In this document: piece by piece, positions 56,824-63,422 of the stretch
Layout: the number at the start of each line of letters is the position of its first letter
Numbering within the stretch: position 1 is the first letter of the stretch
Source of the DNA: Bacteroidota bacterium
GTDB lineage: Bacteria; Bacteroidota; Ignavibacteria; Kryptoniales; JAKASW01
DNA: 64,000 bases
NCBI GenBank assembly: GCA_021825585.1
Contig: JAKAGT010000022.1
Span: 2,807-66,806 of the forward strand
Direction of reading: 5' to 3'
Translations under genes and position numbers: made by a program
The notes under the pieces: generated by a model
Databases searched by the model: none
What the model was told of the DNA's origin: nothing
The model's input: the letters and a program-made list of their open reading frames with translations, nothing else

Positions 56824-57231
56824 ATGCCGCTCTTTCAATGGTCACAGAACCTTAGCGTAAACATAGCAGAGATTGACACACAGCACAAGCGACTCGTGGA
56901 TCTGATAAACCACCTTCATGATTCGATGAAGGAAGGCAAAGGCAGGGAGGCTATGGGGAAGATACTTAAGGATCTTACCGATTACACGGTATATCACTTT
57001 TCTACCGAAGAAAAACTCTTTGAGAAGTACGGATACCCGGAATCCGCGAGACACAAGAAAGAACATGAGGATCTTACTAAACAGGTCCTGGACATCGGTA
57101 GGAAATACAACGCGGGGGATATGATCCTGACAATGGATCTGATGAATTTTCTGAAAGAGTGGCTGAACAACCATATAATGCAAGTGGACAAGAAGTACAG
57201 CAGCTATTTTAATGCAAAAGGGGTGAAATAA
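56824..57231 (+). CDS. bacteriohemerythrin (hemerythrin-like metal-binding protein)
   Basis: 135 aa. W...L..G...ID.QHK.L pattern (FQWSQNLSVNIAEIDTQHKRLVDLINHLH). H-x-x-x-E and H-x-x-x-x-D ligands (HFSTEE, HKKEHE, NHIMQVD). Confidence 0.85.
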   Translation: MPLFQWSQNLSVNIAEIDTQHKRLVDLINHLHDSMKEGKGREAMGKILKDLTDYTVYHFSTEEKLFEKYGYPESARHKKEHEDLTKQVLDIGRKYNAGDMILTMDLMNFLKEWLNNHIMQVDKKYSSYFNAKGVK

Positions 57232-57501
57232 TCCGGGGGAGAATTCCCGGAGACAGTCTCACATGTCAGAAGGGCGCTGCTTCTCCGGGCAGTTGAGCGG
57301 CACTCGATTGCAGGATGAACGGGCATCCGGCTCACAGCATCTGCCGGTTCTCTTGCAATCACACTGACATTTTCCTAACGTCGGCTTCAATCACTTACTC
57401 ACGATCAAGCACCACCCGCCCCGCCTTCTTCTCGGTGGCTCGTGGAGACCGATGAGTTAAAATCCGGCCGGCGGCAGCAGGGTCGGCACAGCCATCCGAG
57501 A

Positions 57502-57624
57502 AGTAACCCCTCACTTATGGTTTCTCGCCAAGCCGCAAAGCTCGCAAGGCGAACCGCTCGTCAACATTTCTTTGCGTTCTTGGCGCCTTTGCGAGAGAAA
57601 TAACCCTTTCAGTGAGGCATTACT
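57502..57624 (+). other. ~123-nt imperfect inverted repeat with mutually exclusive internal pairings
   Basis: Outer helices: AGTAA (57502-06) with TTACT (57620-24); CCTCACT (57509-15) with AGTGAGG (57611-17); TTTCTCGC (57521-28) with GCGAGAGA (57591-98). The segment CGCCTTTGCGAG (57584-95) can instead pair with CTCGCAAGGCG (57541-51). CGCCAAG (57526-32) can pair with CTTGGCG (57579-85). Confidence 0.3.
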
Positions 57625-57642
57625 CCGAGAATAGGATTTCCG

Positions 57643-57671
57643 TTGACAGCGTCATCGCAACACATTATTTT
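57643..57671 (+). promoter_or_regulatory. candidate sigma-70-type promoter of the TetR-led operon
   Basis: TTGACA (57643-48), a 17-nt spacer, then TATTTT (57666-71). It lies 30 nt upstream of the GTG start. Confidence 0.4.
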
Positions 57672-57679
57672 ATTCATAG

Positions 57680-57693
57680 ACCGACCGGTCGGT
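57680..57693. promoter_or_regulatory. perfect 14-bp palindrome, candidate TetR operator
   Basis: ACCGACC|GGTCGGT is an exact reverse-complement palindrome. It lies between the candidate -10 box and the TetR start codon, the classical autorepression geometry. Confidence 0.45.
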
Positions 57694-57700
57694 TTATAAC

Positions 57701-58321
57701 GTGAGTGATGAAGTGGCAAGGAAAGAGAACATACAAAATATCGCCAGGCGGAAGGAGCAGATCATCAAAGCTGCAATTACCGCCTTTGCACGAACCGGCC
57801 TGAAAGGTACCAGCATGAACGACATCGTTCGGGAGTCCGGCCTGAGCAAGGGTGCGATATACTGGTATTACAAGAGCAAAGATGAGCTGATATCGGACCT
57901 GCTCAAGGAATTCTTTGACCCAGAAGAGATCAAGAAGGTCGGAGAGGTGCTTGTTACGGGTACTGCTCTTGAGCGGCTGGAGAAATTCATCGGCTATACA
58001 ATTGAAGAAATGAATAAGATGCAGCGGTTCAGACCGGTCCTCCAGGAGTTGTTCGTAATAGCCTCAAGAGATCAGAAAATCAGAAAAATGGCAAAGAGGG
58101 ACTTCCGGGTCGGTGTCGCGCTTCTGCAGTCGGTCATCGAGTATGGCGTGAAGAGCAAGGAATTCCGAAAAGTAGACCCCAACATGGTCGCGATCGCGAT
58201 CTTTGAGATAATTGAGGGCACCGCCCTCTTCTGGTCGCTTGATCTTATGGATGTTGATTTTGAAAAACAGATGCGCGAAGGGATCAACCTGATTTTAGAC
58301 GGGATTAAGGTGGAAAAATGA
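57701..58321 (+). CDS. TetR/AcrR-family transcriptional regulator
   Basis: 206 aa with a GTG start. HTH region GLKGTSMNDIVRESGLSKGAIYWYYKSKDEL. Confidence 0.85.
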   Translation: MSDEVARKENIQNIARRKEQIIKAAITAFARTGLKGTSMNDIVRESGLSKGAIYWYYKSKDELISDLLKEFFDPEEIKKVGEVLVTGTALERLEKFIGYTIEEMNKMQRFRPVLQELFVIASRDQKIRKMAKRDFRVGVALLQSVIEYGVKSKEFRKVDPNMVAIAIFEIIEGTALFWSLDLMDVDFEKQMREGINLILDGIKVEK

Positions 58322-59163
58322 GCCATAAAGTAAGTACCAAGTCTCAAATAGCAAGCTGCGGCCATGTTCCAGATGTGAATTGTCGAGAATCACGTCAGCG
58401 CTTGACATCTCATTTTTTCAAAATCTGGATGTTGTTTGGGATCTGGGCGTTCGCACTGGGGGTTTCCAGCACCGGCTATGCGCAGAATGCCATGCAAATC
58501 ATACAAAGGGCTGAGGATGCAATAAAGGGAAAAGTCTCAAGCCATTCCGTCATGGAGATGACTATACGATCTCCCGACTACACAAGGACCATGAAGATGG
58601 AAAGCTGGACAAGCGGGACTTCGAAGGCGCTCGTCAGGATACTCTCCCCCGCTCGCGAAGCGGGCAACCGCACGCTTAAATTGGGAAACGACATCTGGAT
58701 GTATCTCAGGAACACCGAGACGACGATACGCATCCCTCCCTCTATGATGCTGCAGTCATGGAACGGCTCCGATTACACTTACGATGATATGGTTCGCGAG
58801 GAGACTCTTACAAAAGATTACGACATTACCCTCACAGGAACCGAACAAATAGGCGGCGTCGGTTGCTGGACACTCCAGCTAATTCCAAAGCCGAATGCGC
58901 CGGTAGTATGGGGAAAGATCATATACCGGGTACGGAAGGCCGACGATCTTCCCGAGCAGGTGGAATACTTTGACGAAAGAGGGAAGCTCATGCGGACGAT
59001 GGTAATGAGTGACTTCAAGGTCATGGGGGGAAGGATGATCCCCACCGTATGGACGATGTACAACTCAGACAGAACGCACTCGACCGAAATAAAAATGGAC
59101 GAAGCGTCGTTCGATGTCAGAATCCCGGCTTCGATCTTCTCGCTGAAGGAGTTAGAAAGGTGA
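58318..59163 (+). CDS. outer-membrane lipoprotein-sorting (LolA-like) protein
   Basis: 281 aa from the ATG that overlaps the TetR stop (ATGA). An internal Met38 (58429, MLFGIWAFALGVSSTGYAQNA) gives a clean signal peptide and may be the real start. The body (MEMTIRSPDYTRTMKMESWTSGTSKALVRILSPAREAGNRTLKLGNDIWMYLRNTETTIRIPPSMMLQSWNGSDYTYDDMVRE) matches the LolA-like family that accompanies FtsX permeases. Confidence 0.7.
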   Translation: MSHKVSTKSQIASCGHVPDVNCRESRQRLTSHFFKIWMLFGIWAFALGVSSTGYAQNAMQIIQRAEDAIKGKVSSHSVMEMTIRSPDYTRTMKMESWTSGTSKALVRILSPAREAGNRTLKLGNDIWMYLRNTETTIRIPPSMMLQSWNGSDYTYDDMVREETLTKDYDITLTGTEQIGGVGCWTLQLIPKPNAPVVWGKIIYRVRKADDLPEQVEYFDERGKLMRTMVMSDFKVMGGRMIPTVWTMYNSDRTHSTEIKMDEASFDVRIPASIFSLKELER

Positions 59164-59205
59164 CCTCGTCATCTCTCAAGTTCGGGCGCGTGCTTGTTAT
59201 CTCAC

Positions 59206-59435
59206 GCTTTCAGGGTGAATTGAGCTTTCTTACGAGTGAGGTCGGGACGGTGTCCCGGCCTCATGGATTCGACCCTTTCAGGGTCGGGTGCATATCGGAA
59301 TTACCATTTGCTTATACCACTGAACATCACCCTGAAGCTCCTCTAGTCAATTCTTACCCCGAAGGGGCAACATATTCCAGCGAGGGCGAAGCCCTCGCAC
59401 GCAATGTAAGAGGAACACCAACCCTGAAAGGGTTG
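59206..59435 (+). other. hairpin-dense intergenic element (candidate structured leader/inter-cistronic RNA or REP-like hairpin cluster)
   Basis: Long-range helix: TTCAGGGTGA (59209-18) with TCACCCTGAA (59327-36), 10 bp, plus 2 more pairs after a 1-nt bulge. It encloses a 10-bp hairpin GAGGTCGGGA-CGGTG-TCCCGGCCTC (59238-62) and the hairpin GACCCT-TTC-AGGGTC (59271-85, extendable to 10 bp with G-U pairs). Three GAA-looped hairpins follow: CCCC-GAA-GGGG (59357-67), GCGAGGGC-GAA-GCCCTCGC (59380-98) and CAACCCT-GAA-AGGGTTG (59419-35). Confidence 0.4.
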
Positions 59436-59469
59436 AAGAAACGAGTGTATCGATCAGGAACTCCAACAA

Positions 59470-60699
59470 ATGAAGCTGCTGATTAACATCGCCTGGCGCA
59501 GTCTCTGGCGGAACCGAAGGCGTTCACTACTCGTCATCGCCGCGATCGCCTTCGCGGTCATGTTTGCAATTGTCCGGCTCGGATTCGATGAGGGGACATT
59601 CGCACTTTCGCTCAGGACAGCGGTCAGGTCTTCAACCGGTTACCTGCAAATCCAGAAGATCGGGTACAACGACAACCCAACCCTGCAGAAGAGTTTCCCC
59701 ATTACGCCGGAATTAGAGTCGATACTTAAATCCGATCCGGAAATCGACGGCAGTTCGCCGAGAATACAATCGGGCGGCCTCATCAGTTTCCGTAACCACT
59801 CTCTCGGAGCGCTGATCACCGGAGTCGAACCGAAGACGGAAGAGCTGATCACAGATTTTCCCGCAAAAATCATCCAGGGGAGGTTCCTCGATGACGACAG
59901 CACGCCCGACATCGTCGTGGGATATAAGCTCCTCAGGAACCTCGGCGCGAGTGTCGGGGATTCGGTCGTCATCCTCGCGCAGGGGTTCGACGGCGTGCTC
60001 GGAAACATGTTCGTGCATATCGTGGGAACATTCAGGACGGGTTCGGATGAATTCGACCGCACCGGCGCTTTCATGAGCGTGCCGGTCATGCAGAATTTCC
60101 TTGCAATGGGCAACGACGTAAATGCGATTGCACTTTCGGCAGATGATCCGGCCGATGTCGGTAGGATCGTGAGAACGCTCGATCCGGTTCTTAAACCCGC
60201 CGGACTGGTTGCCGTGCCGTGGCAGGAACTTCTTCCGCAGCTTCAACAGACAATGGGTTTCAGTCACGCGGCGCACATACTCTTCCTCACCATACTGTTC
60301 GCCGTCGTCGGCTTCGGAATCCTGAACGCCCTGCTCATGTCTGTGACGGAGCGCTTCCGGGAATTCGGCGTCATGCTCTCGATCGGGATGTCGAACTCAA
60401 GGCTCGCGCTCACTACGGCCATGGAGATGTTTTTTATGATCGTAATAGGATTCACGATAGGCAACGCGGCCGGCGCGGCAATCAACTACCACTTCATCGA
60501 GCACCCGATCGTTCTGGGAGGCAACGTGGGAAAGTTCGTGCGTGAATGGGGATTCCAGCCGATAGTCCCCTCCTCCCTCTCGCCCGGCATATTTGTCACC
60601 GCAGGAACGATAGTGCTCGCGATCTCCGCGGCGGCCGCAGTCTATCCTCTTTGGCGCGTTGCCCGACTCGAAGCGCTGAAAGGAATAAGGTACACTTGA
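59470..60699 (+). CDS. LolC/E-like FtsX-family ABC permease, C-type, pair 1
   Basis: 409 aa. MKLLINIAWRSLWRNRRRS start with TM1. A periplasmic domain follows, then the FtsX module GFGILNALLMSVTERFREFGVMLSIGM. Ends LKGIRYT. Confidence 0.85.
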   Translation: MKLLINIAWRSLWRNRRRSLLVIAAIAFAVMFAIVRLGFDEGTFALSLRTAVRSSTGYLQIQKIGYNDNPTLQKSFPITPELESILKSDPEIDGSSPRIQSGGLISFRNHSLGALITGVEPKTEELITDFPAKIIQGRFLDDDSTPDIVVGYKLLRNLGASVGDSVVILAQGFDGVLGNMFVHIVGTFRTGSDEFDRTGAFMSVPVMQNFLAMGNDVNAIALSADDPADVGRIVRTLDPVLKPAGLVAVPWQELLPQLQQTMGFSHAAHILFLTILFAVVGFGILNALLMSVTERFREFGVMLSIGMSNSRLALTTAMEMFFMIVIGFTIGNAAGAAINYHFIEHPIVLGGNVGKFVREWGFQPIVPSSLSPGIFVTAGTIVLAISAAAAVYPLWRVARLEALKGIRYT

Positions 60700-60717
60700 A
60701 ATGAAATTCCAATTTAG

Positions 60718-60827
60718 AATTTGTTTAGAGCTTAGAGTTTCGTGCTTAGAATTTCTTCCAGTGGCACACTGGATGGTTATCTGATGATAAGCAGGATTGC
60801 CTGGCGCAACATATTGCGGAACAAGAG
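60718..60827 (+). repeat. 110-nt block, copy 1, near-identical to 63313-63422
   Basis: Direct comparison gives 109/110 identical; the only difference is C at 60731 versus T at 63326. The block covers 66 nt of non-coding leader plus the first 44 nt of the D-type permease CDS. It contains the hairpin CCAGTG-GCA-CACTGG (60758-72) and four TTAGA motifs. Confidence 0.9.
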
Positions 60828-62016
60828 GAGATCGTTCATACTGATTACGTCGATCGTGGTCGGTGTGCTCGGGCTGGTTTTCACCGAAGGCTTCGCGGTC
60901 GGTATGATGCAGCAGATGCTTACCAACCAGATCGGAGCCGACGCGGGCTACATTCAGATTCACAAAAAGGGGTACCAATCCGACCCGACGCTTGAAAACA
61001 GCATGACCGACCCCGCTGAGGTACGGAGTGTACTAAGAAGCGACAGCGCGAGTCTGGACTACTCCGAGCGTCTAAGGGTTTTCGGCCTTATCAGCAGCGC
61101 GTACAATTCCTATGGTGTTTCGATTGTCGGAATCGTCCCGAATGAAGAGAAGAAGATCACCACGATTTCGGAATACGTTGCGAAGGGATCATATCTTACC
61201 GGCAAGCCGGGACAAATACTTATCAGCGCCTCGATGGCGGAGAAGCTCAAAGTCGGTCTCGGAGACAAAGTGGTTATCATGGCATCACAGATGAACGGGA
61301 GCATCGGTTCCGAAGCGTGCCGGGTTACGGGGATATTCGAAACTTTCAATTCGGGTTTCGACCAGTCTCATGTTTACATCCCCATCCTGACGGCCGACCA
61401 GATGCTGAACGCTGACGGGCTCGTCTCGGAATTCGTAGTGAACCCGATCAACCCGAACGACATGTCGTCGATCGCTTCCAGCATAAGGGATGGAATAGCC
61501 GGCCTCCCGGAAAACGCCGGGAAATACGAGGTGCTCACTTATGAACAGATGCTGCCGCTGCTTGTCGCACAGCTCGCGCTGTACAAGCAGGCCCTTTACC
61601 TCGTCGCGGGACTAATCGCGTTCGCGCTGATTTTCGGAATCATAGATACCATGCTCATGTCGGTCATGGAACGGACACACGAGTTCGGCGTTTCGATGGC
61701 GATCGGGATGTCGAACGGCAAAATATTCACGATGGTAATGACCGAAGCGTTTTATCTCGCAATCACCGGAACGGCGATGGGACTGGCTGCGTCGTATGGA
61801 GTGTTTTTGCCGCTGTCGCATTCGGGATGGGACCTGTCGATGTTTTCGGCAAGCCTGAAGTCTATCGGGATCGGCAGTATAATTTACCCGGTCCTCGATG
61901 CCTCTTCCGTTGTCCAGACAGTACTCATCATTCCGATTGCCACTCTCCTCGGTGCCGTGTATCCGGCGTTGAAAGCGATCAGGCTGCAGCCGGTGGAAGC
62001 GATCAGGGCAACGTGA
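60784..62016 (+). CDS. LolC/E-like FtsX-family ABC permease, D-type, pair 1
   Basis: The track ORF starts at GTG 60742. I favour ATG 60784 (MISRIAWRNILRNKRRS), the canonical FtsX-permease N-terminus. FtsX module FGIIDTMLMSVMERTHEFGVSMAIGM. Ends LQPVEAIRAT. Confidence 0.8.
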   Translation: MISRIAWRNILRNKRRSFILITSIVVGVLGLVFTEGFAVGMMQQMLTNQIGADAGYIQIHKKGYQSDPTLENSMTDPAEVRSVLRSDSASLDYSERLRVFGLISSAYNSYGVSIVGIVPNEEKKITTISEYVAKGSYLTGKPGQILISASMAEKLKVGLGDKVVIMASQMNGSIGSEACRVTGIFETFNSGFDQSHVYIPILTADQMLNADGLVSEFVVNPINPNDMSSIASSIRDGIAGLPENAGKYEVLTYEQMLPLLVAQLALYKQALYLVAGLIAFALIFGIIDTMLMSVMERTHEFGVSMAIGMSNGKIFTMVMTEAFYLAITGTAMGLAASYGVFLPLSHSGWDLSMFSASLKSIGIGSIIYPVLDASSVVQTVLIIPIATLLGAVYPALKAIRLQPVEAIRAT

Positions 62017-62057
62017 GGGAAGAATTGTGAATCATGAATTCTGAATTTTGAATTTCG

Positions 62058-63302
62058 ATGATGCTGATCCGATTGGCGTGGCGTAGTTTGTGGCGGAACT
62101 GGAGAAGGTCGCTCATAGCGATGTCGGCGGTGATCTTCGCGATAATGCTGTCCATCATACAGCGCGGGATGCAATACGGTACGTACGCGGAGACAATCAG
62201 GACGGCGGTGCGTGCCTCCACCGGTTATCTCCAGATCCAGAAAGAGGGCTACAACAAGAACCCGACTCTTCAGAGAAGCTTCGTGATGACGCTGCAGATC
62301 GAAACGGCGCTGAGAGACTCACCATCAATCGACGGAAGCTCTCCAAGAATAGAAGCCGATGCGCTTCTGAGCTATCGCGACCAGTCGTTTGGAGCCATGA
62401 TAATGGGAGTGGCGCCGAAGTCGGAGAACGAAGTCACCGACTTTCCTGAGAAAATAAGAAGCGGGCGTTTCCTTTCTGCTGATTCAGCCGGCAGCGACAA
62501 CATGGCCGCGGAAATCGTTGTCGGCGATAAGCTTCTCCAGAATCTCGGTGCCCGGGTTGGAGACTCGGTAGTCGTCCTGGCCCATGGATATGACGGGTTA
62601 CTCGGTAACATGTTCGCGAAAATCGTCGGTACTTTCAGGACAGGTTCCAACGAATTCGACCGTATGGGCGTCTTCATGAACATCTCGGACCTGCAGAGTT
62701 TTCTCAGCATGGGGAACAGGATTAATGCCGTCGCAGTCTCGGTACGAAACCCAAACTATCTGGAGAATGCAGCGTACAGTCTCAACCGGGTTCTCAAGCC
62801 GCAAGGTCTGGTCGCCCTCACATGGCAGGACCTGCTGCCACAGTTGAAGCAGATGATCGATCTGGACAATTCCAGCGGGGTACTGTACATAATAATCCTT
62901 CTATTTGTGGTAGGCTTCGGTATACTGAACACGGTCCTCATGTCGATAACCGAACGGTTCAGGGAATATGGCGTAATGCTTTCTCTCGGCATGTCGCAGG
63001 AGAGGCTTGTAGAGGCCGTTGCGCTCGAGGTGTTCTTCATGCTCGTCATCGGATTCATAATCGGCAACGGGATAGGCGCTGCGGTGAATTCGTACTGGGT
63101 GAGCCACCCGATAGTACTCGGCGGGGACCTGGCGAAGCTTTACGAAGAGTATGGTTTTGCGCCGGTACTCGTGTCTTCGCTGTCATCCAAGGTCTTCCTG
63201 GATTCGAGCCTTACGATATTCGGCATCTCGATGGTCTCGGCTGTATATCCGCTCTGGCGCGTACTGAGGCTTGAGCCACTCAAAGGAATAAGGCACACCT
63301 GA
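62058..63302 (+). CDS. LolC/E-like FtsX-family ABC permease, C-type, pair 2
   Basis: 414 aa. MMLIRLAWRSLWRNWRRS start. Collinear with C1 and, by eye, a bit over half identical. Ends LKGIRHT. Confidence 0.85.
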   Translation: MMLIRLAWRSLWRNWRRSLIAMSAVIFAIMLSIIQRGMQYGTYAETIRTAVRASTGYLQIQKEGYNKNPTLQRSFVMTLQIETALRDSPSIDGSSPRIEADALLSYRDQSFGAMIMGVAPKSENEVTDFPEKIRSGRFLSADSAGSDNMAAEIVVGDKLLQNLGARVGDSVVVLAHGYDGLLGNMFAKIVGTFRTGSNEFDRMGVFMNISDLQSFLSMGNRINAVAVSVRNPNYLENAAYSLNRVLKPQGLVALTWQDLLPQLKQMIDLDNSSGVLYIIILLFVVGFGILNTVLMSITERFREYGVMLSLGMSQERLVEAVALEVFFMLVIGFIIGNGIGAAVNSYWVSHPIVLGGDLAKLYEEYGFAPVLVSSLSSKVFLDSSLTIFGISMVSAVYPLWRVLRLEPLKGIRHT

Positions 63303-63312
63303 TGAGATTCGA

Positions 63313-63422
63313 AATTTGTTTAGAGTTTAGAGTTTCGTGCTTAGAATTTCTTCCAGTGGCACACTGGATGGTTATCTGATGATAAGCAGGATTGCCTGGC
63401 GCAACATATTGCGGAACAAGAG
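63313..63422 (+). repeat. 110-nt block, copy 2 (see 60718-60827)
   Basis: Same sequence as copy 1 with one C/T difference. The hairpin is at 63353-63367. Confidence 0.9.

Noticed and set aside
57529-57598. Possible c-di-GMP-I (GEMM-I) riboswitch, because of CGCAAAGC and GGCGAACC strings
   Set aside because: The two strings are in the wrong order relative to the GEMM-I consensus as I remember it. GGCAAACC is not matched exactly. The element also lies upstream of the best promoter candidate.
59049-59486. 145-aa + strand ORF open across the hairpin-dense intergenic region
   Set aside because: It starts inside the LolA-like gene in another frame and ends inside the C1 permease. Its openness is better explained by GC-rich palindromic hairpins than by coding. 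It cannot be fully excluded without translation data.
60742-60783. Upstream GTG start for the D1 permease, as given in the ORF track
   Set aside because: The canonical FtsX-permease N-terminus (MISRIAWRNILRNKRRS) begins at ATG 60784. The extra 14 aa (MLRISSSGTLDGYL) have no counterpart in the C-type paralogs. The conserved block extends upstream beyond the GTG, so conservation does not argue for coding.
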